Below, in pieces: positions 1-8,356 of a DNA stretch of 64,000 nucleotides. The position numbers were made by a program, and so were the translations under genes. The stretch is from an uncultured Chlamydiae bacterium (GTDB taxonomy: Bacteria > Chlamydiota > Chlamydiia > Chlamydiales > JAJFMA01). The notes under the pieces were generated by a model, which was not told the DNA's origin, did no database searches, and saw only the letters and a program-made list of their open reading frames with translations. The stretch's first letter is position 1. Each line of letters starts with the position of its first letter. Location of the stretch: positions 1,632,001 through 1,696,000 of the forward strand of contig CAVQMM010000001.1 of assembly GCA_963713615.1 (NCBI GenBank). Reading direction: 5' to 3'.

Positions 1-33
1 TAGGAAATTGCGCCAGCCAACCTTTTGAGTTAC

Positions 34-225
34 TTGGAAGTGCGGTCGCTTACGAGCGTTCCTTGTGATGGTCGTGAATAGGGTTTTAGCAGCATTCGAT
101 CATGTTGCAGATGTCGACAATTCTTGCCTTTGTGAATAATAGTGAAGGCGTTTTTCACAACCACCGCAAGAAACCCAAAGCGGTCGCAAGCGACCGCAAT
201 CCAGAGCGCTGCGCGCGCGTTATTT
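34..225. repeat. Degenerate GGAG-type REP-like doublet (GCGGTCGCTTGCGACCGC family)
   Basis: ttggaagtgcggtcgcttacgagcg at ~34-58 and aaagcggtcgcaagcgaccgcaatccagagcgctgcgcgc at ~177-216; same family as 22730-22920 and 34036-34108. Confidence 0.7.
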
Positions 226-270
226 GATGGTATGTACATCTTTAGTTCTGAAGAAACAGGCTGTGAAGCC

Positions 271-434
271 TATACCACACGCAGGTAGGTTTTGCACATT
301 TCGACTGCGCCAAAGCCCCGGGGTTGAACGATCGCAAGTGGGTCAATATTAAAAATATGGACCCACTTGCGATCGTTCAACCGCGGGAGCTTTCGCGCTG
401 GTCGAATGTGCAAAACCCACCCGTGTGTGGTCTC
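271..434. mobile_element. ~165-bp palindromic MITE-like element (TATACC-ended family), copy 1
   Basis: Long imperfect palindrome centred on gaacgatcgcaagtgggtc...gacccacttgcgatcgttc; close homologue in reverse orientation at 42607-42771. Confidence 0.8.
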
Positions 435-447
435 AGACAAGTCTCTG

Positions 448-570
448 TTACTTGGATGGAGTTTGAGACCCGCCCTTCTTCTTTTCTTGCTTCTTTGCTT
501 TTTTTTCTTTGGCAGAGAGCACAGGCTTTTTCTTTTCGTCTTTACGATGCTTAACTACTTCCTTGGCCAT
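448..570 (-). CDS. Small Lys-rich basic protein, 40 aa (MAKEVVKHRKDEKKKPVLSAKEKKAKKQEKKKGGSQTPSK)
   Basis: Translated by hand (below the ORF-track cutoff); GAGGT RBS upstream of the ATG; pattern KKKP..S.KEKKAKK.EKK typical of small basic bacterial proteins. Confidence 0.65.
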   Translation of the reverse strand: MAKEVVKHRKDEKKKPVLSAKEKKAKKQEKKKGGSQTPSK

Positions 571-899
571 ACAGAAACCTCTTGTTTATTGAGTTACTTG
601 AAGACGTCAATTGTCGACGTCCAACATAACACACTCACGAAGTTCCCGCAACAATGACTGCGTTTTTTGATTAGAGGTCAGGTACAAAAGGGCAAAAATC
701 ACAGAACCCTGGATCTCATGACGACATTCTGCATCATTTTTTCCTTTAAAATTAAGATAGTAAAGAGAGAAGATAGTCATTCCGCAAATTTGAAATGACA
801 AGCCACCGTGGCCATTTGCGGAAGTTAGGATGATGTAGGCACGTAACACATATGACGACTACATTTATTCAAAAATTAGCAATGCCCAATGGAGGATCC

Positions 900-1892
900 A
901 TGTTTAAATTATTGCGATGGTGTTCAGTGTTAACGATATTGAGCGCAGGATCACTGCTTGCCACTAACCACCCCTGCCCAGGTAATTGGGGAGTTTCGGT
1001 AGACTTTCTGTATCTGAAACCTAGTGTAGACGACACTTACTTCGTTATTCAATCTCCAACCACCTCAACAGCTCCAAATGGAACTCGAAAAAATAATGAC
1101 TTCCATTTTCATCCTGGATTTCGCATAGGGGGAGTGTATGAATTCTGCGAATGTAATCAAGAACTCCAAGTCTATTACACTCGCTTATCCTGCAAGCAGT
1201 CAAAGACTCTTTCGGGTTCCTTTTTTTGGCCAACTGCAGGACATCCATTCAGAACTGGTGATGGTATAGATCCATTCAATGATTATACAGGCACAGCATC
1301 GTCTAGTGTGCAAACGCTATATCAACGCGTAGATGCCAATTTTGCTCAGCAAACACTATGCTGTTGCGGTTTGGATGTGTATTTGCAGCTAGGCCTGGAA
1401 TACGCCTACCTACATCTGAATGAAACGGATACCTACGCAATTACTGATAACGTCACCAGTAACGTCTATCAGAAAAGCAGGGCATGGGGCATAGGCCCAC
1501 AACTAGGTACCTCGATTGAATATCAGCTTTGCGAATGTGAAGATTACCTTCCTGGCAAGCTGTCATTCACTGGCCTGGCATCAGGCAGTCTTCTAGCCAG
1601 CCAGTCAAACGGTAGCACCCGACAAACAGTAGGAGTCGCTTCGTCTCTTTCGGTGAGTGATCCAAACACATGGAGAATTATTCCGGCTTTACACGCTCGT
1701 GTAGGGTTAAACTATGCAACAACGATATCCTGCTATGATGCGAACCTAGAGATTGGCTATGAGTTCAACACGTACCTAAAAGGCTTGGGCCGCGCGGTTT
1801 TTCTTGATAGCACCGCATTGGGAAGCTCCACTTCGCAATATCGTGATTATGATGTGCAAGGGCTTTATATCTCTGCAGCAATGCAGTTCTAG
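900..1892 (+). CDS. Cys-rich outer-membrane beta-barrel, Lpg1974/MOMP-like family
   Basis: GGAGG before ATG 900; signal peptide; V.FLYLKPS, PGFRIG, GIGPQLG, EIGYEFNTY motifs; C-terminal Phe. Confidence 0.8.
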   Translation: MFKLLRWCSVLTILSAGSLLATNHPCPGNWGVSVDFLYLKPSVDDTYFVIQSPTTSTAPNGTRKNNDFHFHPGFRIGGVYEFCECNQELQVYYTRLSCKQSKTLSGSFFWPTAGHPFRTGDGIDPFNDYTGTASSSVQTLYQRVDANFAQQTLCCCGLDVYLQLGLEYAYLHLNETDTYAITDNVTSNVYQKSRAWGIGPQLGTSIEYQLCECEDYLPGKLSFTGLASGSLLASQSNGSTRQTVGVASSLSVSDPNTWRIIPALHARVGLNYATTISCYDANLEIGYEFNTYLKGLGRAVFLDSTALGSSTSQYRDYDVQGLYISAAMQF

Positions 1893-1899
1893 TTTTCAG

Positions 1900-1932
1900 C
1901 AGAACTGGTTTGGCTCAGCCAAACCAGTTCTG
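1900..1932. terminator. Perfect hairpin after the OMP gene, possible terminator
   Basis: cagaactggtttggct-c-agccaaaccagttctg, 16-bp stem; no clear U tract. Confidence 0.45.
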
Positions 1933-1944
1933 AATAACACGTGA

Positions 1945-2255
1945 TATACATCTTGGAGCCCCAACCGGACTGCGTCGCCAATATCCGAAAGTAACAAGGC
2001 CTCCTATGTGGCTGCGGATGACCTTTACCCACACAACCTCATGACAAACACTCTCCTGTGGCGCAGTCATTCCATGACTGCGGACCAATCCGTTGCAATT
2101 GTGGAGAGGTGCAAAACAAACGTCCCATGTGATGCAAACAGAAGCTGTTTCAACCGTTCTCGCGGTCATGGAATGCATGGAATGACTGCGCCACATAGGA
2201 AGCCTCGTCACTTTCGGATATTGACGACGCATTCGATTGGGACTCCAAAGGTATG
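1945..2255. repeat. ~310-bp inverted-repeat element containing a GTGG-type REP-like doublet
   Basis: Imperfect arms of ~65 bp (1945-2012 vs 2190-2255); internal hairpins gtggcgcagtcattccatgactgcg in opposite orientations. Confidence 0.7.
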
Positions 2256-2269
2256 CTAGGCCCCTACAG

Positions 2270-2875
2270 CTATAGCTCGTAGCCAACCCCTAGGCCAAAG
2301 CGGAAACCACCAACGTTGTTGGCATTTGTCAAATGCATGGGAATGTACAAGTAATCAATAAAGGCATCGGCAAAGAAGCTGTCGGCGAGGTAATAGAAAA
2401 AACCTGTCTTCACAGTAGCGCCTACATGAGATTTTTTAACGGATGGGACAGCGACGGGGTCATTGATAAGGTGCATCCAGGTATAGTTAACACCTAAGCC
2501 TGCGTAAAGATCAACGTAACAAGTCAGCGGAAAAATATAGCTTACACCTAAGCTTAGAGGGTAAAGTCTTAGCGTGGTAGGGTCGCCCAAACCAACTGAA
2601 TGTCCATGTTTGCTTAAATAGCTGAAGTTAGCCCAAACATCCCAGCGGTCCCACAGGTGTTTGGAGGCCTGTATTTCCACATCCCAGGATGCGCCACTGT
2701 AGATTTCTTGCACCAGGTGATTCGTCGGGTAGACATAGGCACTTCGAATCTCAGCATCCCAACCACACTGCCAATCTATGCAGCAGTCATCGTCAAGTGG
2801 ACAATCGCAATCAGCCAGGGCTGATAGGGGTAGTATTAGGGCAACCAGTTGGCAAAACAGATGCTTAAGACGCAT
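2270..2875 (-). CDS. Outer-membrane beta-barrel protein (OmpW/OmpA-like) with Cys-rich N-terminus
   Basis: Signal peptide from M34 of the track ORF; YAGLGVNY strand; C-terminal GLGVGYEL beta-signal. Confidence 0.75.
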   Translation of the reverse strand: MRLKHLFCQLVALILPLSALADCDCPLDDDCCIDWQCGWDAEIRSAYVYPTNHLVQEIYSGASWDVEIQASKHLWDRWDVWANFSYLSKHGHSVGLGDPTTLRLYPLSLGVSYIFPLTCYVDLYAGLGVNYTWMHLINDPVAVPSVKKSHVGATVKTGFFYYLADSFFADAFIDYLYIPMHLTNANNVGGFRFGLGVGYEL

Positions 2876-3219
2876 GGCAAAACTCTTTGTTATTGTTCCG
2901 AACGACACGGACTGCCCCCTTTTCAGTGGATTGAGAAAAAGAACGCCGCTCAAATGAAATATTGCGTTCTTCAAGATATCGAACTGATGCCAGTTCCTCT
3001 GCGTTATGATTGGTCATAATTTCATCCTACCAAATGCTTACTTAACCAATGATAATAACTAGATGAATGTGAAAAATCCATTCCTTTTCATACCACCCTC
3101 AGCCCAAATCCAATTTTGTGACCGCGCATGGTATATACCACGCGTGGCGATATCTCTCCATGGATGTCAGATAAAGCGAATTCAGGTATGCTATGTTGAC
3201 ACGTTCTATAGGTTTTACA

Positions 3220-4023
3220 ATGAAAAAGAAAGATGCTCCCGCGTCGGTCAGGCCCATGAAGCGCTCAGAACCACTGCGGCAGGAATTAAAATATTATGGA
3301 TTTTATGCATGCATAAAGCTGTGGGAATCTAGGCCCGATGATATCATTCGTGTCTATCTGGAACAACGTCATGTCAAAGCGCTGAGCCCTCTTCTAAAAT
3401 GGTGTGCAGGCCGTTCTAAAGCTTATCATATCGTGTCGGCTGAGGAACTCTCTAAGGTTTCCGATTCCATACATCATGAAGGCCTGTGCATATTGGCTCG
3501 TGAGCTGCCTATGTTAAATTTTTCCACCGTCTTAGAAAAGTTAGGAACTGTACAGGGGCCTATTTGTCTGCTCTATTTGGACGGTGTTCAAAATCCACAT
3601 AATACCGGCTCGATCATGCGCGTCTGTGCACACTTCGGTGTCTCTTACATATTGGGCGAAAGAGCCTTATTGCCTAAAGTGGCGCCCTCAGCATACAGAA
3701 TAGCGCAAGGCGGTGCTGAGTGCGTTGGGCTCGTTCCTATAGACAATCTGAAGCAGTCATTCCAAAGACTGGAACAAGCTGGCTTTCGCATAGTAGCCTC
3801 TTCCAGCCATGGTGGGAAGTCTCTATATAGGTATAAGTTCTCGCCGCGAACAGTCATCATTATGGGATCGGAAAGTGAAGGAGTCAGCAACAAACTATTG
3901 GAAGTGTCCAAAGAGACGTTATTAATCCCTGGTACTGGGCTGGTGGAAAGTCTTAATGTTTCCGTTGCCACCGGGTTATTTTTGGGCGAATATCAGCGAC
4001 AAATCGGATTAAAGAGTACATGA
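3220..4023 (+). CDS. TrmH/SpoU-family RNA 2'-O-methyltransferase
   Basis: LDGVQNPHNTGSIMR, MGSESEG and ESLNVSVA SPOUT motifs. Confidence 0.92.
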   Translation: MKKKDAPASVRPMKRSEPLRQELKYYGFYACIKLWESRPDDIIRVYLEQRHVKALSPLLKWCAGRSKAYHIVSAEELSKVSDSIHHEGLCILARELPMLNFSTVLEKLGTVQGPICLLYLDGVQNPHNTGSIMRVCAHFGVSYILGERALLPKVAPSAYRIAQGGAECVGLVPIDNLKQSFQRLEQAGFRIVASSSHGGKSLYRYKFSPRTVIIMGSESEGVSNKLLEVSKETLLIPGTGLVESLNVSVATGLFLGEYQRQIGLKST

Positions 4024-4937
4024 CAGCACACATCGGAACGGCCTATCTGGCACCCGAAGGATATGAAAAGCAAACTGCTCAAGAGATTCAGGGTGTCATT
4101 GCGCGGTATGATAGACTCTTTCTCACTGACAGCAAACCTCAACAGGTCTTTTGGGCCCAGAATGTATGGTACGAACCTTCTATTATTCCCTTTGAAACAA
4201 TCTCTGAAGTCGCCACTATTCTGAAGAACATCCAACGAAATTGGGCATTATATCCCTTTTCGGAACACCGCCGAGCAGCGCATATCGAAGCTAAGCTGCC
4301 CTATCTTTCCACTAAGCCTGTGATCTTTCCCACTAAGATTCCAGAGGCTCCCTTAGGCTCCTGGACGTTACTGAACAAAAACACTCTACTCGCTTCTCAG
4401 CGGTGCTCATCGCCCTATCGCAATGGCATGATCCTATTCGAAGAATCTCAAGAACCTCCCAGCCGTGCCTACTTGAAACTATGGGAAGCCTTAGTCCTTG
4501 CTGGCAAAATGCCCGGACCTGGCGATAGGTGCCTGGAAGTAGGCTGTAGTCCCGGAGGATGGACCTGGGTATTGGCAAAACTAGGAGCCGAAATCCTCGC
4601 GGTTGACCGGTCCCCTCTCGCAGCAAAAGTAGCGGCCATGCCAGGTGTTAACTTTCGAGCAGGCAACGCGTTCGCCATGACCCCAACCAACACGGGACCT
4701 ATTGATTGGATATTCAGCGATGTGGCGTGTTATCCCGAAAAGCTTTTGGAATGGATCCAATTATGGCTGGACAGTGGTATATGCAAAAATTTTGTGTGTA
4801 CTTTGAAATTTCAAGGGGAAACCTCTTACGATGTTGCTAAGCAATTCGCTGACATTCCAGGCAGTTGCGTGGTACATCTCGGATACAACAGACATGAGCT
4901 AACTTGGATTTGGACTACGCCAAGCAGCTCGTGTTAA
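4020..4937 (+). CDS. FtsJ-like rRNA methyltransferase (RlmM-related)
   Basis: PPSRAYLKLWEA, LEVGCSPGGWT, AVDR and SDV motifs; ATGA overlap with the upstream gene. Confidence 0.85.
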   Translation: MTAHIGTAYLAPEGYEKQTAQEIQGVIARYDRLFLTDSKPQQVFWAQNVWYEPSIIPFETISEVATILKNIQRNWALYPFSEHRRAAHIEAKLPYLSTKPVIFPTKIPEAPLGSWTLLNKNTLLASQRCSSPYRNGMILFEESQEPPSRAYLKLWEALVLAGKMPGPGDRCLEVGCSPGGWTWVLAKLGAEILAVDRSPLAAKVAAMPGVNFRAGNAFAMTPTNTGPIDWIFSDVACYPEKLLEWIQLWLDSGICKNFVCTLKFQGETSYDVAKQFADIPGSCVVHLGYNRHELTWIWTTPSSSC

Positions 4938-5057
4938 TTTTCAACGCAAATCCAAGTTTATGACCAAGTGTGGTGTAATTATTTCTTTTACCTGGTATTA
5001 TTTGTTTAGGTAATGCATGTGTGAAACATGCGTTCAACTAGAGAGGCTGGGAAATTT

Positions 5058-5273
5058 ATGAGACTACTTCTCGCTTTAATTATAGGTTTTATCTTCTTTG
5101 GGCTGGTTTATTACGCTATTTGGCTCTACGCTCCCGATATGTTCCAATCTCTCGTCTCTATGGCTGCAAAGCTTTTCGACCTAATGAAAACCACTTTCTC
5201 ATCACATCCGGCAACTCCACCGCACGCACCAACTACTGGCTTCTTGATGTTATTGTCATTTAGAAAGGGCTAG
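5058..5273 (+). CDS. Small membrane protein
   Basis: N-terminal hydrophobic helix; its 3' end is duplicated at 8242-8290. Confidence 0.55.
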   Translation: MRLLLALIIGFIFFGLVYYAIWLYAPDMFQSLVSMAAKLFDLMKTTFSSHPATPPHAPTTGFLMLLSFRKG

Positions 5274-5274
5274 G

Positions 5275-5314
5275 AAATAAAAAAAGCACCCCTTCACAGT
5301 GTGAAGAGGTGCTT
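5275..5314 (-). terminator. Rho-independent terminator
   Basis: aagcacctcttcac-act-gtgaaggggtgctt followed by a T tract on the minus strand. Confidence 0.85.
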
Positions 5315-5339
5315 CCATCATGGCTTAGACTAACTGTTG

Positions 5340-7526
5340 TTACGCAGCCGTCTGGCCAGATACCATAGAACCAACTTGTCCCGCGCTAGGCAGCGAGGCT
5401 TGGCTTAAGTCGTTCACAGTAGCATCGGTTCCCGAGGTACCCATGCTAATACCCGAACTAGCCATAGCGTTCGAAAGCGCCACTACCATATTTGCAGAGT
5501 CTCCACTTGAGCCATATTTCATTGCATTAGCGAGATCTGTTGCACCAGCGCTCGTTGGAGGAGTACTCCCAAAACCATCAGATTTTAGTTGAGTCATCAT
5601 AGTCATGAGTTGACCAGTAGGAATGGAAGAAGCACTCATGTGACCACCAGCCATTCCAGCTTGAACTGACTTTAGAACGGTTATTATTTGCATGATCTGT
5701 GCAATCAGAGCCGCATTACTGGAACTCGCACCACCACTTTGAGCGACATTACTGGCGATGGTACCTTGCGCAATAGAAGCCGGAATCGAATTACCTACCG
5801 ATTCTGCAGGTGTAGGAGGCGTGCTGCTGCTTGACGACCCCGTAAGATCCCCTAGGATAGGTATATTAGCTCCTAAAGACTGAGCTTGAGCACCAGTGGA
5901 TAAGATAGAGCCCGTGCTGGTAGGACTGGTAGAAGAAGAAGAAGAACTACCATTAAGCCCTAACATTCCAGTCATCGTGCCGCTTACACCACTACTAGGG
6001 TCACTGGAAGTACCTATTAAACCTCCTAGCATAGGTCCTATGATGGGGATTTGGTCTAACAAGCTACCAAGCCCTAACTCCTTCATTAAGCCTCCTGGCA
6101 TGAGCATTGATACGATGGAGCCTAAACCACCGCCGCTGCCACCGCCGAGAAGACCTCCAAGGAGACCTCCACTGCTAGATGTAGTAGACGCAGGTGCTGC
6201 GGTTGTGCTTGTGGTAGTTGGTGTCTGTGCTGCAGCAGGAGGCTGTATAACAGTACCCGTAGTCGGAGTCGGAGCCAAAGCCGTGGTTTGAGCCGCAGCA
6301 TTACTACTACCCGCCAATGCCAGTGCCCCAGATGTCGTACTGGGCGCAGTAGCACCTCCTGTTGGAGAATACGCAGGAGTTGCAGCTGCCGGTGCTGCGG
6401 TTGTTGTTGTTGTTGGGGCAGGCGTTGTCGTGGAGCCTGAGGTGGTTGTGCCCCCTAAACCGATGGTACTATTAATCTCACCACTGACACCGCTACTAGG
6501 GTCACCGGAAGTACCTATTAAACCGCCAAGCATAGGTCCTACAAGAGGAATATTACTTAACAGGCTACCAAGCCCTAACATTTTCATCAAACCACCAGGT
6601 TCGACCACTGATAGGAGATCGCTAACTATGCCGCCACCACCACTGCCGCCTCCCAACATACCACCTAGACCACCTAGCAAGCCTCCACCGCTACCGCCAC
6701 CTAGGAGACCACCTAGCAAGCCACCACTTCCAGAACTGGATTGTTGACTTTCTGCACTGTTTAGCAGGGTCGAATTATCCTGAGCGGTAGCTTGCGCCAC
6801 TTCCGCAGACTGATCGCTTGTGGTGTTGTTTTCCAGTTTACCCACAAAAGCTTCCAGGTTACTGATCGCTTCTCCCACAGCTGCCATGAAGGCGGAAATG
6901 CTGGTGCCACTGCTACTGGAGGTTGATGCCGCTGCAGCTGAAGCGATTTGTGTCGTATTAGTCGTCGAGGTCAACGTATTGCTGAGTAACTGCGCTTGCT
7001 GTTGTTCCGGCGGAGCTGTTGGACTAACTGGTCCCGCAGCCGGAATTGAGGTAACAGCGCTCGGGTTAAGCGGCTGGGCAGTTGGCACATTAGCGACTTG
7101 AGCTAACGCAGCCATGTTAGCAGTACTCTGTACTGCACCCTTAGCAACTTGCGCATCCTCACTATTTCCATTTTTGATTAATGCTTGAGTGCTAGGGGGA
7201 AGGGTTGCCATGAGCGCCTGAGTCTGCTGTCCCTTAACATTCTGGTATTGGGCCTGCAGTTTCTGAACTAACTGATCAGATGCTGCTGCCGTCTGAGCAT
7301 TTGGTGGGGGAAGAGCAGGCGCATTGGCAGGACTAGTGATCGGTTTTTTTGCTCCTGCAGCTGCTGTACCTGGCTGATTGACGGGCGCAGCATCAGATGA
7401 TGCAATCGAGTCCGCAACCGCTTGCGCCTTACCGGCGTTGGAAGCCTGTGCAACATCACCACTCGGATCCTGTTGCTGCTGCAGCTGCTGGGGCCCATAA
7501 GCTTGTGAACCACCTTGAATATCCAT
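5340..7526 (-). CDS. G/S/A/T-rich putative T3SS-secreted protein (translocator-like), paralog A, 728 aa
   Basis: AAGGAGG RBS; PALPPP (PxLxxP) motif; two Gly-zipper hydrophobic repeats; downstream of sycD. Confidence 0.7.
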   Translation of the reverse strand: MDIQGGSQAYGPQQLQQQQDPSGDVAQASNAGKAQAVADSIASSDAAPVNQPGTAAAGAKKPITSPANAPALPPPNAQTAAASDQLVQKLQAQYQNVKGQQTQALMATLPPSTQALIKNGNSEDAQVAKGAVQSTANMAALAQVANVPTAQPLNPSAVTSIPAAGPVSPTAPPEQQQAQLLSNTLTSTTNTTQIASAAAASTSSSSGTSISAFMAAVGEAISNLEAFVGKLENNTTSDQSAEVAQATAQDNSTLLNSAESQQSSSGSGGLLGGLLGGGSGGGLLGGLGGMLGGGSGGGGIVSDLLSVVEPGGLMKMLGLGSLLSNIPLVGPMLGGLIGTSGDPSSGVSGEINSTIGLGGTTTSGSTTTPAPTTTTTAAPAAATPAYSPTGGATAPSTTSGALALAGSSNAAAQTTALAPTPTTGTVIQPPAAAQTPTTTSTTAAPASTTSSSGGLLGGLLGGGSGGGLGSIVSMLMPGGLMKELGLGSLLDQIPIIGPMLGGLIGTSSDPSSGVSGTMTGMLGLNGSSSSSSTSPTSTGSILSTGAQAQSLGANIPILGDLTGSSSSSTPPTPAESVGNSIPASIAQGTIASNVAQSGGASSSNAALIAQIMQIITVLKSVQAGMAGGHMSASSIPTGQLMTMMTQLKSDGFGSTPPTSAGATDLANAMKYGSSGDSANMVVALSNAMASSGISMGTSGTDATVNDLSQASLPSAGQVGSMVSGQTAA

Positions 7527-7710
7527 TTGACCTCCTTCTCAAACACAAATTAGCTCGTATTTACGACCAGCCCTGCAACCAATATCAATACGAATGGTGG
7601 GCGTTGCAGAGATTCGCCCTCTATACAATCAAAACCGGTTACTCGACAATTATACTTCATTTAATTTGTATTATAACATATTTCAATTATTATATAAAAA
7701 TTTATTAATC

Positions 7711-7820
7711 TTTTATCAAAAAGCTTTTTCTTAAATCTTGATCCGATTTTACCTCTTGTCCACCTAGAACCTCAGGCAGCATCTTATTTGTCTGCTGAGG
7801 TAATGCTAAACAAGCCGCTT
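7711..7820 (-). pseudogene. 3' remnant of the sycD/lcrH chaperone gene
   Basis: Encodes LALPQQTNKMLPEVLGGQEVKSDQDL vs LALPPQTNKMPPEVQGGQEVKPNGKEVKSDQDL in 10770-11414. Confidence 0.85.
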
Positions 7821-7850
7821 TTTTAATTTTAAAAATAAAAGCGAATTTAT

Positions 7851-8224
7851 GACTCATCCGGTTTTGTAGGACTTGACTACACAGGCAGGCGTGAGTCAAA
7901 AAACATGATAAATGGGATACGCCTGATATGCATGATAAAGGAAAAGAGAACCCGGCCTTGTTCACCTTTACGGTCAGAATTTCGGTCGGACGAAAAAGGT
8001 CGGATGTCGTGGTTTGTGACGAGGGCATAGCGCCAGCTATGTCCGAGGAGCAAAACGCGACAGACGATCCTTTTGCAGTCGACCGAAAACTGACCGCAAA
8101 GGTGAATAAGGCCGAGAACCCATTCTGTTTGGAGGTTTCTATGGAGTATCCTAAATATCATGCATATCATGTTTTTTGGCTCACGCCTGCCTGTGTAGTC
8201 AAGTCCTACAAAACCCGATGAGCC
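7851..8224. mobile_element. MITE with ~60-bp TIRs and 8-bp target duplication, carrying a nested 160-bp MITE
   Basis: TIR g(a/g)ctcatc(c/g)ggttttgtaggacttgactacacaggcaggcgtgag...; TSD GAATTTAT at 7843-7850 and 8225-8232. Confidence 0.85.
7954..8113. mobile_element. 160-bp MITE (GGCCTT-ended), copy 1
   Basis: TIR ggcctt(g/a)ttcaccttt(a/g)cggtcag; TSD GAGAACCC at 7946-7953 and 8114-8121. Confidence 0.92.
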
Positions 8225-8292
8225 GAATTTATCCCCTATTGCGTACCAACCACTGGCTTCTCGATGTTATTGTCATTTAGAAAGGGCTAGGG

Positions 8293-8331
8293 AATAAAAA
8301 AAGCACCCCTTCACAGTGTGAAGAGGTGCTT
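8293..8331 (-). terminator. Rho-independent terminator (duplicate of 5275-5314)
   Basis: Same hairpin and T tract. Confidence 0.85.
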
Positions 8332-8356
8332 CCATCATGGCTTAGACTAACTGTTG

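Larger units (their letters stand above)
5225..7820. repeat. Tandem duplication unit, copy 1 (copy 2 = 8242-10894)
   Basis: Alignable from the 3' end of the 5058 ORF through the terminator, the long ORF and its leader into the 3' end of sycD. Confidence 0.92.

Noticed and set aside
607..849. 80-aa minus-strand ORF
   Set aside because: No motif and no convincing RBS; it overlaps the probable promoter region of the OMP gene.
1915..2286. ORFs 1915-2286 (-) and 2008-2259 (+)
   Set aside because: They coincide with a palindromic repeat element and show no recognisable protein motifs.
7877..8221. Recurrent ORFs ...DEGIAPAMSEEQNATDD... (also at 29243, 29288, 51581 and 51612)
   Set aside because: Translations of the 160-bp MITE with variable starts and stops; no evidence they are genes.
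7843..8232. MITE as the cause of the tandem duplication
   Set aside because: Its 8-bp TSD (GAATTTAT) is intact on both sides, which indicates a simple insertion near the junction rather than recombination between two MITE copies.
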